Source of the DNA: Paludibacter propionicigenes
GTDB lineage: Bacteria; Bacteroidota; Bacteroidia; Bacteroidales; JAFGXI01
Direction: 5' to 3'
DNA: 54,750 nucleotides
NCBI GenBank assembly: GCA_020721655.1
Contig: DYMG01000005.1
Location: forward strand, 1-54,750
Shown here one piece after another: positions 9,083 to 19,385 of the stretch. The notes beneath the pieces are model-generated. The model was not told the DNA's origin. It ran no database searches and saw only the letters and a program-made list of their open reading frames with translations. Made by a program: the position numbers and the translations under genes. How positions within the stretch are numbered: position 1 is the first letter of the stretch; each line of letters starts with the position of its first letter.

Positions 9083-10996
9083 TTGAAAATTATTTTATCA
9101 ACAATTTTTGCTTTTATTTTTTTAACATCTAATTCGCAGCTTAACACCCAAAACATTATAAACAAAGCACGAACCGACATTTACAACAAAAACTACAGCG
9201 AAGCCTTACAAAAATTAAATTCAGTTATTGAAATTAAACCCGAATTAATTGAACCATATTTTTATAGAGGAATAATAAAATATCAACTAAACGATTTTGT
9301 TGGAGCCGATGCCGATTTAACAAAAACAATAACAATGAACCCCTACTACACTTCGGCTTACCACTATTTAGGAATTGTAAAAAGCAATATGTTCGATTTT
9401 AGTTCTGCTATATCGCACATAAACAAAGCCATAGGACTTTCGAGCTACGATGCATCAATATATTTAACCAAAGGCATTATTTATTTACAGATGAACGAAA
9501 CCGAAAAAGCTATTTCAAGTTTTAACGAATCTGTAAAATTAAACAACCAAATAGCTGAAACCTATTTAAACATTGGAATTGCACATTTAATAAGAAAAGA
9601 GTACAACGAATCGTTAAAAAATTTAAACAAAGCAATAAAATTAAATAGTTTTTTTGCCGATGCCTTTGCAAGAAAAGCAATTGTTTATTTAGAAACAAAC
9701 AAATTAGACAGTTCGCTAACAGAAATAAATGCTGCCATAAAATTAGATAAAAACAACCCACTATATTACTATTGGCGAGCAAATATAAATTACAAAATTC
9801 CAAATTTTAACGCAACAATAAGCGATTACAGTAAAACAATTGAATTATCGCCTGAAAATGCACTTGCTTATTATAACCGTGCAATAGTTGAAAACGAAAT
9901 AGGCTTATACAACGAAGCAATAACCGACTATGCAAAAGTAAACGAATTAGAACCAAATAATTTACTTGCATACTACAATAAAGGCACAATCTTTTACAAC
10001 CAAAACAACTACAAACAAACAATTATTGAAATGACAAAATCTATTGAAATACTTCCTGAATTTTACCAAGCATACAAACTACGAAGTATCTCTAAATTGA
10101 AAATAGGTGATAAAAAAGGAGCATTTACCGACAATTTAATTGCAGAAAAACTAAATAACAACATAAACAAGATAGGAATTGACACAAACAAACTTAACAA
10201 AATAATAAGCCTAAACGATAATTTTACCTCAATTACAAATAACAAAAACACAATTGACGCATTTAAAAATATTGAATTTAAAATAGTTACAAAAGAATTT
10301 AACACCGACGTTTTTCTAAAAAACTATTTCTATGAAGAAATAGAAGAACTAAATTCAATTTTACCAAAACAATACAAAGTAGTGTTAACAAATAATAATT
10401 CAGACCTAAACAATAACCAAACTAATGAAATAGAACTTTTTTTAGCAAATTTACCAAACAAAAACAGTAAAGAAATGCTATTTCTAACTTCACTTATAAA
10501 TATAGAAATAAAAAACAACAAAACCGCCGAAGATAAATTAATTACACTAATAACTACAACCAACAATTATTTTATAGCCAACTACACACTTGCAACACTA
10601 TACGAAAAAACATTTTACCTAAACAACAGCTTAACTAGTGTTGATAACACAATAAATATTAATGGATTAAACAACAACTACACTACCTCAAAAAACAAAA
10701 CCAATTACACCCAAATTATTGATTATTATAGCAAACTTTTACAAAAAAACGCATTAGTAAACTTTAATTTAGGCAATATTTACAACACTTTAGGCGAATA
10801 TTACACATCAATATATTACTACACAAAATCAATAAACGAAGACCCTTACTTTACTTTTGCCTACTTTAACCGCGGATTAACAAACATACTTATAAAAGAA
10901 AACGAAAAAGCATGCATAGATTTCAGTAAATCAGGCGAATTAGGATTTCAAAAAGCATACAATTTAATAAAACAATATTGCAACCCAATAAAATAA
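9083..10996 (+). CDS. Exported tetratricopeptide repeat protein
   Basis: Signal peptide; numerous TPR units (PYFYRGIIK, AYYNRAIV, AYFNRGL). Confidence 0.85.
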   Translation: MKIILSTIFAFIFLTSNSQLNTQNIINKARTDIYNKNYSEALQKLNSVIEIKPELIEPYFYRGIIKYQLNDFVGADADLTKTITMNPYYTSAYHYLGIVKSNMFDFSSAISHINKAIGLSSYDASIYLTKGIIYLQMNETEKAISSFNESVKLNNQIAETYLNIGIAHLIRKEYNESLKNLNKAIKLNSFFADAFARKAIVYLETNKLDSSLTEINAAIKLDKNNPLYYYWRANINYKIPNFNATISDYSKTIELSPENALAYYNRAIVENEIGLYNEAITDYAKVNELEPNNLLAYYNKGTIFYNQNNYKQTIIEMTKSIEILPEFYQAYKLRSISKLKIGDKKGAFTDNLIAEKLNNNINKIGIDTNKLNKIISLNDNFTSITNNKNTIDAFKNIEFKIVTKEFNTDVFLKNYFYEEIEELNSILPKQYKVVLTNNNSDLNNNQTNEIELFLANLPNKNSKEMLFLTSLINIEIKNNKTAEDKLITLITTTNNYFIANYTLATLYEKTFYLNNSLTSVDNTININGLNNNYTTSKNKTNYTQIIDYYSKLLQKNALVNFNLGNIYNTLGEYYTSIYYYTKSINEDPYFTFAYFNRGLTNILIKENEKACIDFSKSGELGFQKAYNLIKQYCNPIK

Positions 10997-11075
10997 TAGA
11001 AAAAAAAGCATATTCCCTTTTTAATTCTATAAATATTTTGTACTTTTCCAAAATAAAAATCTAATAACTTTATTA

Positions 11076-11414
11076 ATGGATTTTAACATAGATAAAAAGA
11101 ATAATTACACTATTGTAAGTGTTGTTTCTGAAAAGTTAGACACTAAAATTGCACCAATTTTAAAGTCAGAATTAGTCCTTATTTCGGGCAATGGTGAAAA
11201 AAACATTATTTTAGACCTATCTAAATGTCGATATTGCGACTCATCTGGCTTAAGTGCAATTCTTGTAGCCAACAGACTTTGCAAAAATGCAAACGGAAAA
11301 TTTGTTTTAACCGGTTTACAAGAAGCTGTTGAACGATTAATTAACATTTCTCAATTAGACACTGTATTAAACATAGCCGACTCGGTTAAAAAAGGCGAAG
11401 AATTAATTAGCTAA
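11076..11414 (+). CDS. STAS-domain anti-sigma factor antagonist
   Basis: 112 aa with ILDLSKCRYCDSSGLSAIL, the STAS phospho-Ser motif. Confidence 0.9.
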   Translation: MDFNIDKKNNYTIVSVVSEKLDTKIAPILKSELVLISGNGEKNIILDLSKCRYCDSSGLSAILVANRLCKNANGKFVLTGLQEAVERLINISQLDTVLNIADSVKKGEELIS

Positions 11415-11415
11415 A

Positions 11416-12327
11416 ATGAATTTTAACCTTACAATTTTAGGCAGTAATTCGGCATTACCTAAAATAAATAGATTTTCAACAGCTCAGATACTTAACATTT
11501 CTGAGCGTTTTTTTTTAATAGATTGTGGCGAAGGTACACAAATTCAGCTTAGACGATACCAAATTAAATTCTCTAAAATAAACCATATTTTCATTAGCCA
11601 TCTTCATGGCGATCACATTTACGGTTTACCCGGATTAATCTCAACCTTTAACCTATTAGGACGAAAATCAGACTTGCATATTTACAGCCATTCCGATTTA
11701 GAACCCATTCTAAGTTTTTTATTAACCAATATTGAACGAAATTTGCAATTTAAAATAGTGTACCACCAAACCAATACAAAAGAAAAAACCATAATATACG
11801 AAGACAAAAAAGTAATAGTAGAAGCATTTCCACTTAAACACAAAATACCAACAACAGGTTTTATTTTTCGTGAAAAACAACAATTACAAACACTAATAAA
11901 AGAAAAAATAGAATTTTACCAAATACCCATTTCAAAACGAAAAGAAATAAAAGACGGTGCAAATTTTACTACCTCAGAAGGAAAAACAATAAAAAACTCA
12001 GAACTAACATTAAAAACAAAAGAACCTCGCTCCTATGCATTTTGCTCCGACACGCAATTCTCCGAAAAAACCGCAAAGTATGTAGAAAACATAAACGTAT
12101 TGTACCACGAAGCAACATTTCTCGAAAACTTAAAAATTCGAGCAAAAGAAACTATGCACTCAACAGCCAAAGACGCTGCTACAGTTGCAAAAATGGCACA
12201 AGTAAAATTATTACTAATAGGACATTTCTCTTCACGCTACAACAATTTAGATGCACACTTAACCGAAGCAAAAAAAGTTTTCGAAAACACAGTTACAGCA
12301 ACCGACGGCTTTACTTTATCAATATAA
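11416..12327 (+). CDS. rnz: Ribonuclease Z
   Basis: LIDCGEGTQ, HLHGDH MBL motif, exosite arm, SDT, HEATF, HFSSRY. Confidence 0.95.
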   Translation: MNFNLTILGSNSALPKINRFSTAQILNISERFFLIDCGEGTQIQLRRYQIKFSKINHIFISHLHGDHIYGLPGLISTFNLLGRKSDLHIYSHSDLEPILSFLLTNIERNLQFKIVYHQTNTKEKTIIYEDKKVIVEAFPLKHKIPTTGFIFREKQQLQTLIKEKIEFYQIPISKRKEIKDGANFTTSEGKTIKNSELTLKTKEPRSYAFCSDTQFSEKTAKYVENINVLYHEATFLENLKIRAKETMHSTAKDAATVAKMAQVKLLLIGHFSSRYNNLDAHLTEAKKVFENTVTATDGFTLSI

Positions 12328-12431
12328 CAAAAAACAAACCTACATACCTCACTTATTATTTAGATTAATTTTAAATCTCTATTAATGTTTTAAAACACAA
12401 AAATATAATTATTCTACGCTTATTATAATAG

Positions 12432-12439
12432 TAATTTTG
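12432..12439 (+). promoter_or_regulatory. Bacteroidota sigma-A -7 element for the mbx/mbs operon
   Basis: TAATTTTG matches TAnnTTTG, 24 nt upstream of ATG 12464. Confidence 0.55.
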
Positions 12440-12463
12440 CAACCAAATTTTAATTTAATTAAA

Positions 12464-12988
12464 ATGCAAGACGGAAAATCATCAATAAGCAAATTTATTT
12501 ACACATTTATTGTAGTATTTATAATTTGGAATGCATTTACTTGGCCCGGAAAATTTACAGACATACAATTAGCAGAAGTATTAACAGGCATTTTTGTAAG
12601 TATAGTTTTAGCCCTATTAACAAATAAATTCTTTTCGAGTTTTGGATTAAAAGGAATATTACCCATTAAAATTTTATACTTTGTACAATATTTATTCGTT
12701 TTTTTAATAGCACTAATAAAAGCCAACTACGATGTTGCACGAAGAGTTATTTTACCATCATTACCTATAAACCCCGGCATAATCGAATTTAAAACAAACC
12801 TTAAAAACGACTTCGCAAAAATGGTTTTAGCGAATAGCATAACACTTACACCAGGAACACTTACATTAGATGTAATTGATGACACTTTTTACGTACATTG
12901 GATTGACGTAACTACTGAAGATGCAGAACAAGCATTTAAAGAAATAGCAGAACCATTCGAGAAAATCTTACTCAAAATATACAAATAA
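12464..12988 (+). CDS. mbxA: MnhE/MrpE-like subunit (MbsA/MbxA)
   Basis: ANYDVARRV, PGII, LANSITLTPGTLT, VHWID motifs; ATG 12464 preferred over TTG 12437. Confidence 0.88.
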   Translation: MQDGKSSISKFIYTFIVVFIIWNAFTWPGKFTDIQLAEVLTGIFVSIVLALLTNKFFSSFGLKGILPIKILYFVQYLFVFLIALIKANYDVARRVILPSLPINPGIIEFKTNLKNDFAKMVLANSITLTPGTLTLDVIDDTFYVHWIDVTTEDAEQAFKEIAEPFEKILLKIYK

Positions 12989-12999
12989 AACTTTACAGT

Positions 13000-13257
13000 A
13001 TGCAAATTGTATTAATAACAGTATTATCACTAATGACTCTCGGGTTGTTTTTTAGTTTCCTGAGATTTATAAAAGGACCTACAGCCGCCGACAGAACAGT
13101 TGCTTTAGACACAATGTCTGTTATAGCTACAGCTGGATTAGTTCTGTTGGGACTAATGTTTGACCGATACATTTACATTGATGTAGCACTAATATATGCC
13201 GTACTTGGGTTTATTGGTGTAATAGTAATTGCACGTTTTATAGAAAAAGCATTATAA
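13000..13257 (+). CDS. mbxB: MnhF/MrpF-like subunit (MbsB/MbxB)
   Basis: RFIKGPTAADRTVALD, IDVALIYAVLGF; three TM helices. Confidence 0.9.
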   Translation: MQIVLITVLSLMTLGLFFSFLRFIKGPTAADRTVALDTMSVIATAGLVLLGLMFDRYIYIDVALIYAVLGFIGVIVIARFIEKAL

Positions 13258-13610
13258 TGGAAATATTAAAATACATAGGATATGGACTTCTAATAATAGG
13301 CGGAATATTCTTATTTTTAGGAGCATTGGGTATTTACCGAATGCCTGACTTGTACAACAGACTACAAGCAGGGACAAAAGCAAGTACAATAGGTGCTATG
13401 AGCGTAATCTTAGGAGTTGGTTTTATTCAACCAGATTGGCTTATAAAAACACTTATAATTGTTGTGTTTATTGCAGTTGCAAACCCACTTAGTTCTCATG
13501 CTATTGGCAGAGCAGCATACAAAGCAGGATTAAAACCAATTATGAAAACTAAAATGGACGCTTACGAAAAAACACAAAATATTCAAGAAACAAAGGAGGT
13601 TAAACTATGA
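13257..13610 (+). CDS. mbxC: MnhG/MrpG-like subunit (MbsC/MbxC)
   Basis: GIYRMPDLYNRLQAGTKASTIG, NPLSSHAIGRAAY. Confidence 0.9.
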   Translation: MEILKYIGYGLLIIGGIFLFLGALGIYRMPDLYNRLQAGTKASTIGAMSVILGVGFIQPDWLIKTLIIVVFIAVANPLSSHAIGRAAYKAGLKPIMKTKMDAYEKTQNIQETKEVKL

Positions 13611-13885
13611 TAGTTTACGTTATTATTTTTAGTATTTTATCAATACTTCTTATAGCTTCTGCAATTTATGCAGTTGTTCAAAAAGACTTACTAATAGCTG
13701 TAATTTCAACAGGCGTAATAAGTCTTATTCTTTCTGTATTTTTTTACTTAATGCACGCTCCAGACGTTGCCCTTACCGAAGCTGCTATTGGAATTGCCCT
13801 AACAACAATAATTTTTGTTATAACAATTAGAAATACAACCAGAAACGAAGATGAATCAATCGATAATAACCTTGATAAATTTTAA
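13607..13885 (+). CDS. mbxD: DUF4040 / MrpA C-terminal-like subunit (MbsD/MbxD)
   Basis: APDVALTEAAIG motif; three TM helices. Confidence 0.88.
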   Translation: MIVYVIIFSILSILLIASAIYAVVQKDLLIAVISTGVISLILSVFFYLMHAPDVALTEAAIGIALTTIIFVITIRNTTRNEDESIDNNLDKF

Positions 13886-13888
13886 AAA

Positions 13889-14608
13889 ATGAGAAAAGTA
13901 TTCGTAATTATTTTATTAATTTTAGTTGGTTATTTCTTAACAAACACATTTAGCCTAATAACATTTGGAGAAAATAGAATAGGAAATACTTCGGAAGAAA
14001 AAAATGTTGCAGCCTATTACTTAAACAACACAAAAGAAAAAACCTCGGTAGCAAACGTTGTTACAGCAATTGTAGTAAATTACAGAGGCTTCGATACATT
14101 AGGCGAAGTAACCGTATTATTCTTAGCAACAACAGGATTAGGAAGCATTCTGTTTCGCCGAAAAGAAGACGAAGACCAAATTGAAAGAATTTCAAAACCA
14201 TCTTCATCTTTAGTTCAAACAGGCTCTAGAATTCTATTCCCACTAATTGCCCTTTTAGGAATTTATGTTTTTATTCACGGACACTTAACTCCAGGTGGAG
14301 GCTTTCAAGGAGGTGCTATTATTGCAACCGGATTCTTATTAATGCTTATATCATACAAAAATTTTAAAGCCGGACACACAATGCTAATTTGGGTTGAAAG
14401 TTTAGCTGGAATTACATTTGTAACAATAGGTCTTTGGGGATTATTAACCAGTGGTTCTTTCCTAGAAAACACATTGCCAGGAGGAGAACTAAACAATTTA
14501 ATTAGCGGAGGAATTATACCAATAATTTATATAGCAGTAGGATTTAAAGTTGCAGCCGAACTAACAGGCGTTTTAGACATATTATTAAACATTAAACCTA
14601 AAAAATAA
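13889..14608 (+). CDS. MnhB/MrpB-like subunit (MbsE, MbhE+F-type fusion)
   Basis: NVVTAIVVNYRGFDTLGEVTVLF and HGHLTPGGGFQGG in one polypeptide. Confidence 0.88.
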   Translation: MRKVFVIILLILVGYFLTNTFSLITFGENRIGNTSEEKNVAAYYLNNTKEKTSVANVVTAIVVNYRGFDTLGEVTVLFLATTGLGSILFRRKEDEDQIERISKPSSSLVQTGSRILFPLIALLGIYVFIHGHLTPGGGFQGGAIIATGFLLMLISYKNFKAGHTMLIWVESLAGITFVTIGLWGLLTSGSFLENTLPGGELNNLISGGIIPIIYIAVGFKVAAELTGVLDILLNIKPKK

Positions 14609-14988
14609 TGTACAATTTAGAACTACAAAATAATTTAATAACCACATCAGTTTATGGTTCTGCAATTGCCCTTATTTTAATAGGACTGTATGCAGTTTTA
14701 GTTAAAAAAAACCTAATAAAAATTGTAATCGGACTATCTATTATTGATGCAGGAATACACCTGCTTTTTGTTGCAATTGGCTACATAAAAGGATTTACAG
14801 CACCAATATTTTCGCCTGGCAGCGAAAATTTAGCCAACAAAATGGTCGATCCAGTACCTCAAGCATTAGTACTAACAGCAATTGTTATTGGCTTTGCAAC
14901 AACTGCCGTTGCACTATCATTAGTTATACGATTGTACAAACATCATAATACAGCAAGAATTGATCAAATAAAATCTTTAAAATGGTAA
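14608..14988 (+). CDS. mbxG: MnhC/MrpC (NuoK-like) subunit (MbsG/MbxG)
   Basis: KKNLIKIVIGL, DPVPQALVLTAIVIG. Confidence 0.92.
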   Translation: MYNLELQNNLITTSVYGSAIALILIGLYAVLVKKNLIKIVIGLSIIDAGIHLLFVAIGYIKGFTAPIFSPGSENLANKMVDPVPQALVLTAIVIGFATTAVALSLVIRLYKHHNTARIDQIKSLKW

Positions 14989-16475
14989 TTAGTCCTGTTC
15001 ATTATATTGCGGTGCCTCTATTAGCGGCTTTTTTAATACCGTTATTAAGTAAGTTCATTCATAAAGAACTTGCTCGAATTGTTCCCGGAATAGTATTCTT
15101 ATACTCTATTTTTATATCGATAACATTAATGCTTCAAATTGGCGATAAAGGTATAATATCCGAAGTTATTGCAGGTTGGCAAGCCCCTTGGGGAATAAAC
15201 TTAGTTTTCTCACCATTTAGCGGATTTTTAGCCAGCTTAATGTCTATTATTGGATTCTTAATATGGCTATACAGTTATAACTTTAAGAAAATAGACAAAG
15301 AACAATCTCAAAAATACCATATTTTACAAATGATGATGGTAACCGGAGCTATTGGTATAGTACTTACCGGCGATATTTTCAACCTATTTGTTTTTATGGA
15401 AATAACAGCTATCACAGCCTATTCTTTAACCTCATTTTATAGAGAACGAGACGGAGCAGAAGCCGGATTCAAATACCTACTAATTGGTAGTTTTGCCTCA
15501 GTTCTTATTTTATTAGCCATAATGATACTATACACACAATTAGGCACTCTAAATATGGCTGAAATTGCTCAAAAATCGCACTTAATACCAACATCTTTAA
15601 AAACAACAATTATAGTCTTATTTTTAGTAGGGTTTGGAATTGAAGCAGAAATGTTCCCTCTCAACGGCTGGGCACCAGACGCTTACTCACAATCACCCGG
15701 ACCAATTGGTGCAGCCTTCGCTGGAATTGTTGTAAAAGCCGGAGTTTACGCCCTTGTAAGAGTTATTTTTACTTTATTTGATATTCACGGAGCCTACGAT
15801 TTTTTAATTTACGGAGGTTTAATAACAATGATTATTGCAGAAACATCAGCCTTAGCTCAAACAAACCTAAAACGAATGCTCGCCTACTCAAGTATAGGAC
15901 AAATGGGGTTTGTACTTATGGCTTTTGGAATTGGAACACACCAAGCAATTGTTGGTGCTCTTTTCCTAATGTTTAACCACGCTATAATAAAAAGCCTATT
16001 ATTTATGAGCGGTAGCTACCTAACATACAACTCATTAACAAAACAAATATCTGCATTAAGCGGATTAGGAAAAAAACTACCATTAGTCTCAATATTATTC
16101 GGAATAGGAGCTTTTGCAATTGTTGGGCTACCTCCTTTCTCAGGATTTTGGAGCAAATTATATGTTCTATCTGCAGCTGCCGACAAAAATATGTTATTAC
16201 TTATAATGACTATATTAGCAGTAAGTATTGTTGAAATTATATACTATTTTAGAGTTGTAAGCACACTATATTACGGTAAACAAAACCCAGAAATTGAAAT
16301 TCAAAAACCATCAATAAATGCAATGGTTTCAATGATAGCTCTCGGAATTACAATACTTGTAGTAGGTGTTTACCCTGATGTTATAACAAATCTACTTGAA
16401 AACGCAGCAACAGCACTTACAGATAAAGCAACATATATACAAAGCGTACTAACTCAAAATTTGCCAATTAATTAA
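14982..16475 (+). CDS. mbxH: MrpD/NuoN-like proton-translocating subunit (MbsH/MbxH)
   Basis: TGDIFNLFVFMEI, AGFKYLLIG, FPLNGWAPDAY, KRMLAYSSI, GLPPFSGFWSK. Confidence 0.9.
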   Translation: MVISPVHYIAVPLLAAFLIPLLSKFIHKELARIVPGIVFLYSIFISITLMLQIGDKGIISEVIAGWQAPWGINLVFSPFSGFLASLMSIIGFLIWLYSYNFKKIDKEQSQKYHILQMMMVTGAIGIVLTGDIFNLFVFMEITAITAYSLTSFYRERDGAEAGFKYLLIGSFASVLILLAIMILYTQLGTLNMAEIAQKSHLIPTSLKTTIIVLFLVGFGIEAEMFPLNGWAPDAYSQSPGPIGAAFAGIVVKAGVYALVRVIFTLFDIHGAYDFLIYGGLITMIIAETSALAQTNLKRMLAYSSIGQMGFVLMAFGIGTHQAIVGALFLMFNHAIIKSLLFMSGSYLTYNSLTKQISALSGLGKKLPLVSILFGIGAFAIVGLPPFSGFWSKLYVLSAAADKNMLLLIMTILAVSIVEIIYYFRVVSTLYYGKQNPEIEIQKPSINAMVSMIALGITILVVGVYPDVITNLLENAATALTDKATYIQSVLTQNLPIN

Positions 16476-16492
16476 TATAAACTACCCTCAAT

Positions 16493-18364
16493 ATGAATAG
16501 TTTCTTTTTAATATTATTGATACTTTTAGCTGGAGCAGCAATTTCTTTTGCTCTCGGAAAAATATCTTCTATAATAAGTGGTACTGTAGCATTCTTATCA
16601 ATAGCTTCAGCTTCAGTATTATTTTTTACGCAACTAAAAAACAATACATATATAGAATTTCCACTAGGGGAAATTCAACTACAATGGGGTATAGATAGTT
16701 TTGGCTACATATTTGCATTAATTGTCTTAGGTTTAGGAAGTTTAGCTTCACTATACTCGATTTCATACATGCAAAATAAAGAACGAACTGGAATTTTTTA
16801 TTTCAACTTTGTTCTTGTTATCACTTCAATGGTTGGAATTATTTTCAGTCAAGACTTTATTTCATTTTTCATTTTTTGGGAAATAATGACTTGGTCATCG
16901 TACCTACTAATTATCTTCAACAAAAAAGATGTAAAAGAAATAGGCGTAAAATATATGATATTCAGTGCAATTGGGGCATATTCAATGCTTACTGCAATTG
17001 TAATGATAAAAGGAAATTACAACACATTTTTAATTTCTGATGCAATACAAGCCGGAGCTTTCAATTTTACAAATAATGAATATATACCAATTTTACTATT
17101 AATAGGATTTGCAGTAAAAGCCGCAACAATGCCATTACACGTTTGGGCTCCTAAAGCCTACTCAAACTCACCAATGTCGTTTACTGTAATTTTTTCTGGA
17201 GCAATGTCTAAAATGGGCGTACTTGGTATGGCTCTTGTGTTAGTTAGAATTTTCACATTTAACGCTAATAACGAAGCAATTTTACCCAACTTCTCCCCAA
17301 TTATTTTACAACAAACACTCGCTTGGCTTGGAGCTATAACAGCAGTTATTGCAACACTATACGCATTAATGCAAGACGACGCAAAAAAACTTTTAGCTTA
17401 CTCTTCAATAGCACAATTAGGCTATATTACAGTAGGTTTAGCAATTGGCACAAAACTTAGCGTAATGGCAGCACTTTTTTTAGCAATTGTTCACGGAATA
17501 TTTAAAGGTGCACTTTTTATGGTTGCCGGCGCTGTTGAACGACAAGCAGGAACTACAGATATGACAAAAGTATCTGGATTAATTAGAAAAATGCCTTTCA
17601 CATTTTTTACCGCATTAATTGCAATTATTGCATTAGCAGGCATTCCTCCACTCGGCGGCTTTGTTGGAAAATGGATGCTTTACGAATCTTTAATAACAGA
17701 ATCGAACAGCTATTTCTTAGTAATTTTAGTATTCTTTTCAAGCACATCGGCATTCCTTTACTGTTACCGCTTCCTTTTCGGACTTTTCCTAGGACAAGAA
17801 GAAGAAGCTACAAAAGACGTTAAAGAAGCCCCAATTACAATGATAATACCAATGCTAATACTATCGGTACTTTTGATGGTTACAGGTGCTTACCCTGGAA
17901 TTTTATTCGACCCAATTGCAAAAGGTATGGAAACTATAGGGTTCAACAACGTTACTTGGGATATGTCTGTTCTAGGAAATATTTGGGGCAACTCAGTAAA
18001 TATGATTTACGTTTGGCTAACAATAGTAATAGTGTTTATAGCAGCTTTCATTTTCCTAACACTTAAAGGATTAAAAGGAACACGTTATGTTAGCACAAAA
18101 GACATCTCTACTTCTGGAGAAATACCATTAGAACACGAAAATTTAACATTTCAAATAAACTTCTTTCAACCTTTTAGGCGTGCCGCAGCCCCTATGTACA
18201 AACGCAGTATGGATAAAATTTGGAATGAAATAGGTTCCGGATTAGAATCTTTATTCAATTTTACACGAAAAATATACACCGGAAATGGACAAACTTATGC
18301 AATATTTGTTATTGCGTTTCTTGTTCTTATGTTGTTATTAAAAGATACATTGTTTTTAAATTAA
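16493..18364 (+). CDS. Second antiporter-like subunit with long C-terminal extension (MbsH'/MbxH')
   Basis: FFIFWEIMTWSS, KAATMPLHVWAP, KKLLAYSSI, GIPPLGGFVGKW; C-terminal amphipathic helix ending YTGNGQTY plus a TM helix. Confidence 0.88.
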   Translation: MNSFFLILLILLAGAAISFALGKISSIISGTVAFLSIASASVLFFTQLKNNTYIEFPLGEIQLQWGIDSFGYIFALIVLGLGSLASLYSISYMQNKERTGIFYFNFVLVITSMVGIIFSQDFISFFIFWEIMTWSSYLLIIFNKKDVKEIGVKYMIFSAIGAYSMLTAIVMIKGNYNTFLISDAIQAGAFNFTNNEYIPILLLIGFAVKAATMPLHVWAPKAYSNSPMSFTVIFSGAMSKMGVLGMALVLVRIFTFNANNEAILPNFSPIILQQTLAWLGAITAVIATLYALMQDDAKKLLAYSSIAQLGYITVGLAIGTKLSVMAALFLAIVHGIFKGALFMVAGAVERQAGTTDMTKVSGLIRKMPFTFFTALIAIIALAGIPPLGGFVGKWMLYESLITESNSYFLVILVFFSSTSAFLYCYRFLFGLFLGQEEEATKDVKEAPITMIIPMLILSVLLMVTGAYPGILFDPIAKGMETIGFNNVTWDMSVLGNIWGNSVNMIYVWLTIVIVFIAAFIFLTLKGLKGTRYVSTKDISTSGEIPLEHENLTFQINFFQPFRRAAAPMYKRSMDKIWNEIGSGLESLFNFTRKIYTGNGQTYAIFVIAFLVLMLLLKDTLFLN

Positions 18365-18405
18365 ATTTGATTATAAAAATAATTTCATAAATCATAAATT
18401 ACAAA

Positions 18406-19350
18406 ATGGAAGATTTAGCTATTAAAATATTAGGTGCAGTACTAACAACAATAATGGCATTTACTGTTGGAATGTTTTATGGCGGTTTTGTTCGTAAACT
18501 TACCGCCCGAGTTCAAAACAGAAGAGGTCCTGTTGTTTATCAAAATTTTATCGATTTATTAAAATTACAAAGCAAAACAACAAATATCGCACACGGATTT
18601 ATGCATCACATGGCTCCTATTTGGATGATAATAGCATCTTTAACAACTTTAATGTTTTTACCAATCCTAAACGGCAACTTGTGGTTCCCAAACATATCAT
18701 TCCACGGCGACTTAATTTTTCTCTTATATATGATGGTATTTGGTTCATTGGGTATGGCATTGGGTGCCGGACAAACCGGAAATCCAAACTCTGCAATAGG
18801 AGTAACCAGAGGACTTAGCCAAATGGTTGGTTTTGAAATACCTTTCGTTATGTCATTAATTGCATTAATGATACAATACAAAACTACATCAATACAAGAC
18901 ATTATGATTGCTCAAAACGAATCTGGAATTTGGAATATGTTTTCAAATCCTTTCGCTTTTTTAGCTGCATTATTTGCAATGTTTGGTATGTTTCGTTACT
19001 CACCTTTCGATATTGTAGGTGCTCCTGCAGAACTTGCTTCAGGTCCAGTTTCAGAATTTGGCGGAAAATATTTAGGAACAATGATGACCGCAAACTCAAT
19101 ATTTAGCTTCTTTAAATTAACACTTTACGTAAATTTATTTATGGCAGGTGCCGGAAATATTAATGATGTAGGAATTGTTGCTACACTAATAGCCATAGTA
19201 ATATTATTGATTAAAACATTTGCACTATATATGGTACCAGTCTTTTATGGCTGGGTTAGCCCTCGCTACAGAACCGAACAAGCAATACGTTATTTTTGGG
19301 CTTGGCCTTCAGCTCTCGGATTAATTGGCATTGTTTGGGCACTTATTTAA
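18406..19350 (+). CDS. mbxM: NuoH-like membrane anchor subunit (MbsM/MbxM)
   Basis: RKLTARVQNRRGP, QNFIDLLKL, PFDIVGAPAELASGPVSEFGG, PRYRTEQ. Confidence 0.9.
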   Translation: MEDLAIKILGAVLTTIMAFTVGMFYGGFVRKLTARVQNRRGPVVYQNFIDLLKLQSKTTNIAHGFMHHMAPIWMIIASLTTLMFLPILNGNLWFPNISFHGDLIFLLYMMVFGSLGMALGAGQTGNPNSAIGVTRGLSQMVGFEIPFVMSLIALMIQYKTTSIQDIMIAQNESGIWNMFSNPFAFLAALFAMFGMFRYSPFDIVGAPAELASGPVSEFGGKYLGTMMTANSIFSFFKLTLYVNLFMAGAGNINDVGIVATLIAIVILLIKTFALYMVPVFYGWVSPRYRTEQAIRYFWAWPSALGLIGIVWALI

Positions 19351-19385
19351 CTTAAAGTTTTTATTTATTATCGATTTTTTGAAAT

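Noticed and set aside
11076-12327. STAS-rnz coupling as a novel regulatory module
   Set aside because: To my knowledge a common Bacteroidota gene pair; nothing in this sequence suggests more
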